Source: a virus. From it: a DNA stretch of 64,000 nt. Positions 9,225-18,400 of this stretch are shown in pieces (the stretch's first letter is position 1; the number at the start of each line of letters is the position of its first letter). A model generated the notes under the pieces. The model worked only from the letters and a program-made list of their open reading frames with translations, did no database searches and was not told where the DNA came from. The translations under genes were made by a program, and so were the position numbers. Where the stretch lies: IMG/VR virus record IMGVR_UViG_3300050821_001343, positions 35,182-99,181 of that record. One strand, given 5' to 3'.

Positions 9225-11435
9225 GTGAATATGGATGATACACAGAACACTCCGCAACTGGCAACCGGGACTAATGGAAGCAATCCAGCTAGTCCTGCTG
9301 CTCCTGACGAATACTCAACTCCTATTCCACAAGGGGCCACAAGTGCGCCTACTCAGCAGGATGAGTATTCTACGCCAATTCCACAAGGAGCTACAGCAAC
9401 GCCGTCGAACATCACACCACCAGAAACCGGACTCAATAAGTTTGTCTCGGGATTGGAAGCAGATAAAGACCCAACTAATCCCGCAGATGACCCCGATGCT
9501 TATGAACGAGGCATCAACCGAATGGCCGCTGGCGGAATCAAAGAAGCTGCCAACGGTGTCGGAAACATCCTCGACATGCTAACCAATCATGGTCAAGGTG
9601 GGCCGGGGCCTGTTAGCACTAAAGCGGCAGTTGCTTTGTACAAGGAGATTCACAAAGACGCTACGCCACAGCAGATTTCAGATTTTGCTAATAAGCAGAT
9701 TCGTGCTCCGCAAGCGTTTCAGAAACCAATACAAGAAGCTATTAGTTGGTTGCACTCAGGGGGACAGCCAGACGGGTTTTGGGAAACGGTCGGTTCACTT
9801 GGAGAACAAGCAGCAGAGTGGCTTGGCGGCGAAGAAGCATTGAAACTTGCATCAGCGCCGATCAAGATTGTTGAAGGAGCACCTGAAGCCATTGACACAG
9901 CAAAGCACATCGCTTCTGCAAAGAATGTCATGACTGTTCTAAAGCTTAATCCAAAGTTAGCAGGTATTGTAGCTATCGGATTGAAAGCAAGTCAAACCGC
10001 ATTAGGATCAGCCGCGCAGAATTATGTGCATACTGAAGACCCGAATTCGGCACTAAGAGCCGGTGAGATAGGAGAGGGACTAGGAGCACTTGGGGGAGCA
10101 ATTGCAAAGCCTATTGAATCCATTTCCGATCAACTTGGAAACGTTGGGCCTAAAGTTGCGCAGATCGCAGGCGAGGATGTTCCGGTCGCGGCTACCCATC
10201 CACAACTTACAGGAGCACCAGCAAATGAAACTGCTACTAGTGCATTGAACATCAACAATCCTGAGAATTTAGAAACGACTGTTGAACCGGCAGGTAAAAC
10301 CGATGCAGCAACCCCGGTAAAAAATACGCTACAGCATTTTTCCACACCAGCGGGAGCACAGAACTTTGTGGATACACAGGTACAGCCAGCCGCAAGGAAA
10401 GCACTTCAGGCAGGTCTGTCACAACCAGCGATTGATTCTGTAGACGCATTACGCACACTTCGTGGAGAGGCACCGCTAGCAGATGCTCCTCCGAAGTTGA
10501 AAACGACCGCCGCAATTGCGAAGTTCATGCAAGGTGAGGCCAAGAAAACTTACCAAACACTGGATGACGCAGCACAGCAGGACATTGATAAGTGGACCGA
10601 GCAATACGGCGAACAGGCACAGAGCAATGCTGTGAAAGAGGGTGCTCCTGATTTTGAGACGCAGTTTTCCAAGATGGGACAACCATCGACCGAGACTGCA
10701 CCTAAACCAAAGATCACGATTCCAGAGAAGCCAAAGCTATTTACGGAATTGCAAGATCAAGTTAGAGATGCAAAGGCGACCATTGGAAGCAAGGCTTCAT
10801 CTCAAGTAGACAAGCAAACTGCGATTCAGAATCTTCCAGTCTATGAGAAGGAAATGAAAGCATTCATGGCGAAGCATGGGGGTTTGGTTGATCCTGATGA
10901 GTTGTCAACTGCTAACTCTGTATACTCACAAAGTAAGAGATATGAGTGGTTGTCAAAGCAACTACAACGAGCAACGCAAGGTGCGGAAGGCGGGGGTCTA
11001 TTTAAAGGTGATACTTTGAAGTATAGACCACAGGCTCTTGAGAGTCTTGAACGCCAATACAACATCCAGTTTGGAAAGACTGACGGAGAAGATGCCTTCA
11101 AGAAACTATTGGGACCAAAGGCATACAACAACTATAACGATGTGGTTAATGCTTTGAAGCGTCCAAGCACGGGCGGTGGTACATTCGTGGAATGGTTAAA
11201 CAGTCTCCCATTAAAATCGGGAAAAGTGTTTGGCACAATCCCCGTGGGAGCATTGGCAGATCATTTACTGTTCGATCCAGATGCCGCGTCGGAAATTGCA
11301 GCGAAGTTTGAGGGTGCATCTAAACTTGCGAAGGCTGCGGGTGAACGAGTAGGTGCAACCACAGCGGCAACCGTGCGACCAAAGAACTCATCGTTGAACG
11401 ATTCTTTGCAATCGGCATCTGGTGCTTTTCAATAA
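9225..11435 (+). CDS. Internal virion (ejection) protein
   Basis: 736 aa Ala-rich protein with a duplicated N-terminal DEYSTPIPQGAT; follows the SLT protein. Confidence 0.5.
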   Translation: MNMDDTQNTPQLATGTNGSNPASPAAPDEYSTPIPQGATSAPTQQDEYSTPIPQGATATPSNITPPETGLNKFVSGLEADKDPTNPADDPDAYERGINRMAAGGIKEAANGVGNILDMLTNHGQGGPGPVSTKAAVALYKEIHKDATPQQISDFANKQIRAPQAFQKPIQEAISWLHSGGQPDGFWETVGSLGEQAAEWLGGEEALKLASAPIKIVEGAPEAIDTAKHIASAKNVMTVLKLNPKLAGIVAIGLKASQTALGSAAQNYVHTEDPNSALRAGEIGEGLGALGGAIAKPIESISDQLGNVGPKVAQIAGEDVPVAATHPQLTGAPANETATSALNINNPENLETTVEPAGKTDAATPVKNTLQHFSTPAGAQNFVDTQVQPAARKALQAGLSQPAIDSVDALRTLRGEAPLADAPPKLKTTAAIAKFMQGEAKKTYQTLDDAAQQDIDKWTEQYGEQAQSNAVKEGAPDFETQFSKMGQPSTETAPKPKITIPEKPKLFTELQDQVRDAKATIGSKASSQVDKQTAIQNLPVYEKEMKAFMAKHGGLVDPDELSTANSVYSQSKRYEWLSKQLQRATQGAEGGGLFKGDTLKYRPQALESLERQYNIQFGKTDGEDAFKKLLGPKAYNNYNDVVNALKRPSTGGGTFVEWLNSLPLKSGKVFGTIPVGALADHLLFDPDAASEIAAKFEGASKLAKAAGERVGATTAATVRPKNSSLNDSLQSASGAFQ

Positions 11436-11444
11436 GGAGGATAT

Positions 11445-11852
11445 TTGTTAAGACAAGATGATTTTTGCCGGTCGCAATTAGTCCTTGCAGGATGGAGACA
11501 CGGACATATCTATGGGGGGCATCTCGGAAGCTGTTTAATCATGAGTTGCCTCGCTAACCGCCAGAAAGCGGGATGGGGACCATGGCTAGAGATTTTAGAC
11601 ACAATACCAAGGTATGCTGCCACAATTGAACAGCCTGAAGGGATACCCTCGATTTGGGAACCTAACTTCGTGAGACTCTTGCACGAAGTTGAATCCATCT
11701 CGGAAGGCTCCAAGGACTATGCAAACGGAGCAATGTATTGGTTTGACTCTTCGAAACCTGTCACCAATGAATGGTTCAAAGAGAAGCTTTTAGATAACAA
11801 AGAATCACATCCAGTAATAGGGAACATGAATTCCCTAATGTTGTTAAGATAG
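11445..11852 (+). CDS. SleB/Hydrolase_2-like cell wall hydrolase homolog (divergent)
   Basis: 'LANR..AGW' and 'D.ANGAMYW' resemble the SleB catalytic-domain pattern; the expected catalytic Glu is not evident. Confidence 0.35.
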   Translation: MLRQDDFCRSQLVLAGWRHGHIYGGHLGSCLIMSCLANRQKAGWGPWLEILDTIPRYAATIEQPEGIPSIWEPNFVRLLHEVESISEGSKDYANGAMYWFDSSKPVTNEWFKEKLLDNKESHPVIGNMNSLMLLR

Positions 11853-11864
11853 ATTGGAGAATAC

Positions 11865-12227
11865 ATGATTGATCCCGTGACGATGGCAACACTTGTTACT
11901 CTTGGAAGTGAAATTCTGAAAATTTGGATACCAGCAGGGGCACTCTTGTTTGGGATATTCCGAGGATGGCTCTGGGTGAAAAATAAGTTTGTGAACATAG
12001 ATGCGAACGTCATTGAGATGAAGAAGTCTCTAGACACTCATTTCGATGCATTACGTTCGGATGTGCAAGACCAGACAAAGACAATTGCCGGGGCACTATC
12101 CGAGCAGCGTCAAGATTTTAGAACATTCTATGCTCCCATGTTCCTGATGCAACAGTCACAAGTACAACAGGCTGCGGCTCCGGTGCGAGCTAAGAAGGCA
12201 CCCCGAAAACCGGCCCGAAAGAAATAA
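11865..12227 (+). CDS. Membrane protein, holin-like
   Basis: N-terminal TM segment, coiled coil, basic C-terminus. Confidence 0.35.
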   Translation: MIDPVTMATLVTLGSEILKIWIPAGALLFGIFRGWLWVKNKFVNIDANVIEMKKSLDTHFDALRSDVQDQTKTIAGALSEQRQDFRTFYAPMFLMQQSQVQQAAAPVRAKKAPRKPARKK

Positions 12228-12228
12228 C

Positions 12229-12257
12229 TTGACAAATGGGCCAAACTATGGTAATAT
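12229..12257 (+). promoter_or_regulatory. Sigma70-type promoter
   Basis: TTGACA-17bp-TAATAT with extended TG, upstream of a GGAGG RBS. Confidence 0.7.
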
Positions 12258-12290
12258 AGGGATGTAGTCAAAGTTCAATCACGGAGGATA

Positions 12291-13622
12291 ATGTCTAATA
12301 AACTAGCGGATACCAGAGATGGTCTAATTGTTGATCTTAAGATCATGCTTAAGCAGTATGGAAAAGTAAGCCGAGATTTCTATAGACAGAAGGGGGCTTT
12401 TTCTGAAAAGGTTTGGAGTAAATATTTTCCAACCTTCAAAGATTTTCTAGCAGCGGCAGCACCAGAAGAAGCGAACAATACGGAAACTCATACTTCTGAT
12501 GGAGACAACTGGGACATAACCCTTAAGGGGACGACGATTCACACGCTGCCAGAGTTGTTGGAATACTGCAAGGTTGACTTAGGAATCTGGGAAGTCGAAC
12601 GCTTTGTTGTTAACAAATGGGAAATGGGTTATGCAACTGGACCCAAGGATGACCGAGAAGCGAAGTCACACCCATTGTTCCAAGTTAAAGCCACGCTTAT
12701 CAAGCGGAAAGAGGTAGTTGATGCTCGTGCAGAACTTGACCGTCTCAAAGACGAATTCAAACGTACAGCGCCTAAAGTCAAACGCGCATCAGCCAAATCA
12801 TTACTCGAATCTGGCAATATGTTAGAGGTAAACATTCCTGATGCTCATTTTGGGAAGATGGCTTGGGCAACAGAGACAGGTGGACGTAGTTATGACACTC
12901 CGATTGCTTCGGCAACGTTTCTCCGCGCACTTGATACGCTTATCGGGCTATCTCGCGGATTCGTCTTCGGAAAGATTCTTTTTGTTGTTGGGAACGATCT
13001 TCTCAACTCGGATGATGAACTTGGACGTACAACCAAGGGAACCTTTGTCAGTACGGATGGCCGGTATCAAAAGACTTTCTCAACAGTCCGCAAGACCGTC
13101 ACTGAAGCGATTCACAGACTTCGTGAAATCGCGCCGGTTGAAGTCGTAATGGTCAGCGGTAATCATGACAATCTTGGAGTATGGCATCTCGGAGATTCCC
13201 TTGAGTGCTTGTTTGAAGGTTATGAGGATGTGACCGTAAGGAATGAACCCACGGCACGTAAGTACGTTCGCCATGGAAATGTTCTATTGATGCTCACGCA
13301 CGGAGACAAAGGGAAACGTGAAGACTATCCGTTGCTCATGGCAACCGAAAGGAGCCAAGACTTTGGAGAAACCAAATACCGAGAAATTCACACCGGACAC
13401 ATTCACCAGACCAAACTTCAAGAATGGCATGGAGTTCGCGTTCGAATCCTACCGAGCCTTTCTCCCCCTGATGCGTGGCACAGTGAGAATGCCTTCGTCG
13501 GGCAACAACGCAACGCTGAGGCATATGTCTGGAATGAGGAACACGGTCTAATAGCAATGTTCTTCCATAACGATGAGACATTTCCAGAAATTACAACAGA
13601 TCGAATACTGAAAGTTGAGTAA
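12291..13622 (+). CDS. Calcineurin-like metallophosphoesterase (phage nuclease-like)
   Basis: Motifs DAHFG, GND, GNHD, HGD, GHIH. Confidence 0.8.
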   Translation: MSNKLADTRDGLIVDLKIMLKQYGKVSRDFYRQKGAFSEKVWSKYFPTFKDFLAAAAPEEANNTETHTSDGDNWDITLKGTTIHTLPELLEYCKVDLGIWEVERFVVNKWEMGYATGPKDDREAKSHPLFQVKATLIKRKEVVDARAELDRLKDEFKRTAPKVKRASAKSLLESGNMLEVNIPDAHFGKMAWATETGGRSYDTPIASATFLRALDTLIGLSRGFVFGKILFVVGNDLLNSDDELGRTTKGTFVSTDGRYQKTFSTVRKTVTEAIHRLREIAPVEVVMVSGNHDNLGVWHLGDSLECLFEGYEDVTVRNEPTARKYVRHGNVLLMLTHGDKGKREDYPLLMATERSQDFGETKYREIHTGHIHQTKLQEWHGVRVRILPSLSPPDAWHSENAFVGQQRNAEAYVWNEEHGLIAMFFHNDETFPEITTDRILKVE

Positions 13623-13825
13623 CATGCAACAAGTGTTTTGGAGAAACTATATCGCATATGTCTACACACCAAGTTCTGATCTTTACGATGTAGAGATTGG
13701 AGATGTATTTTTGCATCAAAATGGAAGACGATACAAACTGGTTGAGCGCGACATAATCAAATGTATCATCGTCAAGTGGACATGGTGGGATGACTTCAAA
13801 GCAAAATTAAGAGGAGAAAAAGTCA

Positions 13826-14176
13826 ATGTCATCAGCGCACCTACCAAGTGACGCACAGGCGCGGAAAGGAATGCCGATTTTCTCGGGAGTCCTCCGCTAT
13901 TTCCCAGATGCTATTGCAGAAATTGCAAGAATCTCAAAAGCAGGGAATGATCAGCACAACCCCGGCCAGCCCCTACATTGGTCAAGAGAAAAATCAGCAG
14001 ATCACCATGACTGCGCCTCACGGCATTTGATTGAATCCGGGACAGTCGATAGTGACGGATACCGCCATAGTGCCAAACTAGCATGGAGAGCATTAGCTAT
14101 CCTACAGCTAGAACTGGAAGCTGAATTCGCAGCTAACGCAAAGCAGGATGCAGCACAACCTTGGATTCAGTTGTAG
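13826..14176 (+). CDS. dATP/dGTP diphosphohydrolase (DUF5664-like)
   Basis: FPDAIAEIARIS..GN.QH...HW...KS.DH.D...RHL...H.AKLAWRALA pattern. Confidence 0.7.
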   Translation: MSSAHLPSDAQARKGMPIFSGVLRYFPDAIAEIARISKAGNDQHNPGQPLHWSREKSADHHDCASRHLIESGTVDSDGYRHSAKLAWRALAILQLELEAEFAANAKQDAAQPWIQL

Positions 14177-14204
14177 AGTCAAACCGGAATTTCAGGAGTA
14201 AAAT

Positions 14205-14348
14205 ATGCCGTTGGTCAAGAGCAAAAGCAAGAAAGCAATGAGCACCAATATACGCCGGGAAGTTGCAGCCGGTAAGCCACAAAAACAAGCCGTGGCGATT
14301 GCGTATTCAGTGCAACGTCGCGCAGGAAAGAAGCGCAAGGGGAAATAA
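14205..14348 (+). CDS. Small basic conserved phage protein (47 aa, not in ORF track)
   Basis: MPLVKSKSKKAMSTNIRREVAAGKPQKQAVAIAYS..., with AGGAG RBS; 'QKQAVAIA' is a widespread phage motif. Confidence 0.7.
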   Translation: MPLVKSKSKKAMSTNIRREVAAGKPQKQAVAIAYSVQRRAGKKRKGK

Positions 14349-14483
14349 TGTCGAAACTAAGCAAGCCAATCTCAGGTGATCCACTCCCCATGAAGGAAAA
14401 GAAAGAAGACGGCGGTTGGTCGCAGTTCGAAGCGTGGGCGGGACAGGAATGGTTTGGAGGAGACAATCCGTACAAGGAGCGTT

Positions 14484-15257
14484 ATGGCAGCAGCAACACC
14501 GTCAACACCACCAACATCAGTAATACCCCCAGTAAGTTCCCTAAGCCAAGTGGAAAGCGCAGCAACTAGTTGGTTTAAGACACACGAGACATTACTGATC
14601 GTGTTCATGTCCTTAATCGTAGGGACATTTCTGGTTTACAAAGGACTGGATATTGTATCCAGTTACGAGAATCACAAAGCCCAACAAGCCATCGCGGTCG
14701 TGCAGGCACAGAGCAATCAGAATGCTGCTGATTTGACCACAGTGAAACAAACACTTGCTGCCTATCAAACGGCTCTTGCGAACGCTACCACGGCCAATCA
14801 GACGTTAGCACAGGCTGTGACAGCACGTAACACAGTTGTAGTCAAGCAAGAATCGACCGACGCCACTCTTCCTCAGTCCGCATTAGGGCAGAGATGGGAA
14901 ACATTGGTAAACGATACGGGTGTGACTCCAACTCCTACTGGATTTGCGGTCCCGGAGAAAGCAGCCCTCGATACGGTACAATCTCTTGAGCAAGTTCCGG
15001 TTTTGACGCAGGATGTGAAAGACGCTCAGGCTCAGACGGCCAATGATCAAATCGCACTGACGCAGGCTAACAATGTAATAGATCAAGGAAAAACTTTGGT
15101 AACCGGCCTACAAAATCAGTTGACAGATGAGACGAAATCGTGTAGTATTCAATTATCGGCTGCAAAGGCAGCAGCGAATAAGGGCAAATTCAAATGGTTC
15201 GGTATCGGATACGTTTCTGGATTCGTTAGCGGACTAGTGGTAGCGATTGTAAAGTAG
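14484..15257 (+). CDS. Spanin-like coiled-coil membrane protein
   Basis: N- and C-terminal TM segments around a long coiled coil; AAGGAG RBS before ATG 14484. Confidence 0.4.
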   Translation: MAAATPSTPPTSVIPPVSSLSQVESAATSWFKTHETLLIVFMSLIVGTFLVYKGLDIVSSYENHKAQQAIAVVQAQSNQNAADLTTVKQTLAAYQTALANATTANQTLAQAVTARNTVVVKQESTDATLPQSALGQRWETLVNDTGVTPTPTGFAVPEKAALDTVQSLEQVPVLTQDVKDAQAQTANDQIALTQANNVIDQGKTLVTGLQNQLTDETKSCSIQLSAAKAAANKGKFKWFGIGYVSGFVSGLVVAIVK

Positions 15258-15258
15258 T

Positions 15259-15334
15259 GGGCCAGTAGCTCAATTGGGAGAGCAATCCCCTTGCACGGGA
15301 TAGGTTGCAGGTTCGATGCCTGTCAGGTCCACCA
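15259..15334 (+). tRNA. tRNA-Ala(TGC)
   Basis: Cloverleaf, anticodon loop CTTGCAC, G3:U70 pair, encoded CCA. Confidence 0.92.
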
Positions 15335-15342
15335 AAAGTTTT

Positions 15343-15419
15343 GCCCTGTTAGCTCAGTTGGTCAGAGCATAACTTTTACAAAGTTGGGGTCGGAGGTTCG
15401 AATCCTTCACGGGGCACCA
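15343..15419 (+). tRNA. tRNA-Val(TAC)
   Basis: Cloverleaf, loop TTTACAA, TTCGAAT T-loop, CCA. Confidence 0.92.
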
Positions 15420-15546
15420 AGAGGTTGTATGCATCATAAACACCATGTCGAGGATGTAGCTTGGGACATTTTCATAGGACCGTTCTACTTCACTTGGGGA
15501 ATCCTGAGATGGATTTTTGAGAACTGGGATTAACTGAAAGGGGCAT

Positions 15547-15723
15547 ATGGACGCAGCACGCGAGGAAGCACGGGCAGCACGAATTGAGCAGCGCCGAATC
15601 CTTGGGGACTACTACCGGGAGCTATCGGTCAACTATTTGGACTATGAGGTTCTAGCAAAAACCATTGGGCCAACTCTGGCATTTCCAGCGCGTCCAAATA
15701 TTCCAGAATACGAGAACGCTTAA
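15547..15723 (+). CDS. Hypothetical protein (58 aa)
   Basis: ATG 15547 to TAA 15723, MDAAREEARAAR...; below the ORF track threshold. Confidence 0.5.
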   Translation: MDAAREEARAARIEQRRILGDYYRELSVNYLDYEVLAKTIGPTLAFPARPNIPEYENA

Positions 15724-15918
15724 GGAAAATATGCGATCTACAACTTATTGTCGTAAACTAGAAGATGGAAGTGGCTTTGTCATTGTAAGAACCATTTTCA
15801 AGAGGTATAAGAATTTTAATACTCCTTCCTATATCGACCAGCAATGGGAAGAAGCTTTAGCGACGGGTACGACGAAAGACGAAGCATGGTCAAATTACCG
15901 TCTAAAGGTTTGAATTGT

Positions 15919-15992
15919 ATCGGGTTCGTTTAGTGGCAGGACGGCAGGCTTTGACCCTGCTCGCTGAGGTTCGATTCCTTGCCCCGGTGCCA
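15919..15992 (+). tRNA. tRNA-Gln(TTG)
   Basis: Anticodon arm GCAGG-CTTTGAC-CCTGC, TTCGATT T-loop, CCA. Confidence 0.88.
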
Positions 15993-16005
15993 AGATTGGA
16001 GAGAA

Positions 16006-16386
16006 ATGAAGAGACTGGCAGTATTTCTTATCGTATTGGTAACAATGTGTCTGCCCGATCTTGGCGGTCATCTTAACTGGTACGCTGAAAAACAGAATGC
16101 AGGATTCATGCCAGTATGGTGCTATGATACAGGCATGAAGATGTCGGTCGATGAAGATTCACGCCATGTGGAATTAACCAAATCGAGCAAGGTCCCATAT
16201 CTGTCCGATATTTTCCCCATGTATGTGTATTCATTTGAGGATAGCAAATTCGAATTAGATGGAGTAATGAGCATAGGCGATCTACTTCTATGGAGTGGCT
16301 ACGTCGGTTTCTTTTTCTCCCTGTTCTATTTGTTGGTGCTTTTGTTGGATGATTTGGTGACAGTTCTTTGCAGGTTTAGACATTGA
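16006..16386 (+). CDS. DUF5317-like membrane protein
   Basis: LN......N.G.MPV ... LSD ... SIGD motifs, hydrophobic segments, GGAG RBS. Confidence 0.6.
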   Translation: MKRLAVFLIVLVTMCLPDLGGHLNWYAEKQNAGFMPVWCYDTGMKMSVDEDSRHVELTKSSKVPYLSDIFPMYVYSFEDSKFELDGVMSIGDLLLWSGYVGFFFSLFYLLVLLLDDLVTVLCRFRH

Positions 16387-16463
16387 GCGGGATTGTTTTG
16401 TAATGGTAGCATATCGGTCTTCCAAACCGTAAGGTATAGGTTCAAATCCGGTATCCCGCTCCA
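16387..16463 (+). tRNA. tRNA-Gly(TCC), somewhat degenerate
   Basis: GCGGGAT/ATCCCGC acceptor, U73, loop CTTCCAA; imperfect D and T stems. Confidence 0.78.
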
Positions 16464-16464
16464 T

Positions 16465-16541
16465 CTACCAGTGGCGAAGGGGTTTAACGCGGTCGGCTGC
16501 AACCCGTCTATTCACAGGTTCGAATCCTGTCTGGTAGTCCA
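16465..16541 (+). tRNA. tRNA-Cys(GCA)
   Basis: CTACCAG/CTGGTAG acceptor, U73, loop CTGCAAC, CCA. Confidence 0.9.
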
Positions 16542-16554
16542 TTTGGAGGTACAC

Positions 16555-16743
16555 ATGACATACGTGGTGAAAGCACCGTCCAGCGCGGACGCAGGCAAGC
16601 AAATCCTCCTTAAGATCACAGGCGTTGATTATTTCGAGGTAAACGCAGGAACACTTTTGTTCTACAAACGTTCTAGTAAGAATCCGGTTAAAGCATTCGG
16701 TCCGGGTGGATGGTTTTACGTTCTTGAGAACGACAAGAAATAG
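16555..16743 (+). CDS. Hypothetical protein
   Basis: GGAGG RBS, ATG 16555. Confidence 0.55.
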   Translation: MTYVVKAPSSADAGKQILLKITGVDYFEVNAGTLLFYKRSSKNPVKAFGPGGWFYVLENDKK

Positions 16744-16750
16744 GAGATAC

Positions 16751-17179
16751 ATGAAGCACACAATTGAAAAACTACTTCTGACAGCAGCGTTGCTGTTCGG
16801 CTCACTCACTGTCCAAGCACGGGCACAAGCACCAACGGTCACCCTGCCAAGCGCAACCGCTAGTCAGAGTAATCTGTCATGGACTAACTCCGCAAATTGT
16901 ACGGCTGCTACCCCCTGTCTTATCAATCCGTATCGGATTGGTGGGCAATGTCCGGCGAATCTTGCAGGCACAACTGGCTGGACTCAACTACCCGCTACAG
17001 CGGCACAGGCAACTTCGGCAACGGACACAACCGTGGTAGCTGGTCAAACCTATAGCTACGTGGTTGAAGCAACATTTGTATCTGGCGGAAGTCCTAGTGG
17101 ACCGTCGAATTGTGTAACTGTTTCAATCCCAAACGTACCGGGCGTCCCAACGGGCCTGAACGCGACCGTCACAAACTAG
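16751..17179 (+). CDS. Secreted fibronectin type III-like protein
   Basis: Signal peptide (ARA-QA), LSW...Y.Y.V.A...SGPSN Fn3 pattern. Confidence 0.6.
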   Translation: MKHTIEKLLLTAALLFGSLTVQARAQAPTVTLPSATASQSNLSWTNSANCTAATPCLINPYRIGGQCPANLAGTTGWTQLPATAAQATSATDTTVVAGQTYSYVVEATFVSGGSPSGPSNCVTVSIPNVPGVPTGLNATVTN

Positions 17180-17364
17180 TATGTAGGGAAATTTGGACCT
17201 TTGGCGGTTGGGTGAAGGTCTGCGAAAATAAGTAATCGACATGTGCCCACGCAAATCCTCTGTGCCGTATCCGGGTCAAGGAGTTAGTACATGAAGCGTG
17301 CCCTTCCCTCTAGTCGGGGAGAAGTTGACCTATCCGATTAGCGGCTGGCGAGATGAAGGGATTT

Positions 17365-17441
17365 GCCACGGTAGCTCAGTTGGTTAGAGCGGCAGTTTTG
17401 TAAACTGCGGGTCGGGAGTTCGAATCTCTCCCGTGGCTCCA
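17365..17441 (+). tRNA. tRNA-Thr(TGT)
   Basis: Canonical cloverleaf, loop TTTGTAA, CCA. Confidence 0.95.
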
Positions 17442-17511
17442 TATTCCTACACCTTAGATGCATTCACTATTAGGTGTTTGTATGACAACGGAATGCTAAA
17501 TTGGAGGCAGT

Positions 17512-17847
17512 ATGGCGAAGCAGTTATTGTTTTCTCTTACTGCCAAGGATTTTGATTTTCAATACTTCACTGTGAGTGGTCACGGAGGGTCTGGAAAAGA
17601 TACATCCAACACAGGTGCACGGTGCATTCATCGTGCGTCCGGTGCGACCGGAGAAGGCCGAGAAGAACGTAGTCAACTCAAGAACAGACAAAGCGCATTC
17701 GGTAAGTGTGTAAAATCCAAAAAGTTTCAGGCATGGCACAAATTAGAAACTATGCGTCGTCTAGGGCTACTCAAAGACATTGAGAGTCGAGTTGATGAGC
17801 AAATGAAAGACAAGAACTTAAAGATTGAATACATCACAGGAGATTAA
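17512..17847 (+). CDS. Class I peptide chain release factor domain protein (ArfB/PrfH-like), GGS variant
   Basis: SGHGGSGKDTSNTGARCIH..SG......ERSQLKNRQSA matches the RF domain 3 pattern; GGQ is replaced by GGS (gga ggg tct). Confidence 0.8.
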   Translation: MAKQLLFSLTAKDFDFQYFTVSGHGGSGKDTSNTGARCIHRASGATGEGREERSQLKNRQSAFGKCVKSKKFQAWHKLETMRRLGLLKDIESRVDEQMKDKNLKIEYITGD

Positions 17848-17911
17848 GCTAGAGGGAAACTGACCGGCTCCAACCCGGTACTCAGAGGTTCAAATCCTCT
17901 ATCTCCTGCCA
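17838..17911 (+). tRNA. tRNA-Trp(CCA)
   Basis: AGGAGAT/ATCTCCT acceptor, G73, ACCGG-CTCCAAC-CCGGT, AGAGG-TTCAAAT-CCTCT, CCA; overlaps the last 10 nt of the RF-like ORF. Confidence 0.88.
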
Positions 17912-17925
17912 ATTTTAGAGGCACC

Positions 17926-18372
17926 ATGCAACTAAGCGATCAAGGGGCAGCATTTATTGCTAGCTTTGAAGGTATCAAGCTTGTACCGTATAACGATTCA
18001 AATGGATGGGCAACAGTCGGCATTGGACATTTGATCCGTAAAGGTCCGGTACTACCAACTGACCTACCGATCACACTGGCGCAAGCCTATGACTTATTCC
18101 GGCAGGATGCAAAAATTGAAATCTCTATCATTGGCATCTACGTTAAGGTTCCAATCAATCAGAATCAATTTGATGCCCTCTGCTCTCTTTCCTACAACAT
18201 CGGTGTCGGCAACTTTATGCGATCACCGATCCCATCCCTCATCAACAGCGGCCAGTTAGATCAAGTCCCCGCTGCGTTTCTCATCCACAACAAGGATGCT
18301 AAAGGCAACATCCTACGCGGCTTGACTCGTAGACGTGAGGCCGAAGTTGCAGTATTCAACAAACTAAGCTAA
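17926..18372 (+). CDS. Endolysin, GH24 phage lysozyme
   Basis: FEG...Y.D..G..T.GIGH catalytic E-D-T, QNQFDAL.S..YNIG, GLTRRREAE. Confidence 0.92.
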   Translation: MQLSDQGAAFIASFEGIKLVPYNDSNGWATVGIGHLIRKGPVLPTDLPITLAQAYDLFRQDAKIEISIIGIYVKVPINQNQFDALCSLSYNIGVGNFMRSPIPSLINSGQLDQVPAAFLIHNKDAKGNILRGLTRRREAEVAVFNKLS

Positions 18373-18400
18373 CCCACTGCTAGAAGATATAGCGGTCACT

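Noticed and set aside
15291-15533. ORF-track ORFs running through tRNA genes (also the 15979 and 16393 starts)
   Set aside because: The upstream parts overlap clear tRNAs; the real starts are the downstream RBS-preceded ATGs (15429, 16006, 16555).
17180-17364. tmRNA or SRP RNA identity for the structured gap
   Set aside because: It lacks the tmRNA acceptor ends and tag-like ORF and lacks the SRP domain IV consensus; kept only as an unassigned candidate.
15259-17911. Possible stop-codon recoding (phage release factor plus tRNA cluster)
   Set aside because: No suppressor anticodon is present, and long genes are intact in the standard code with TAA, TAG and TGA all used as stops.
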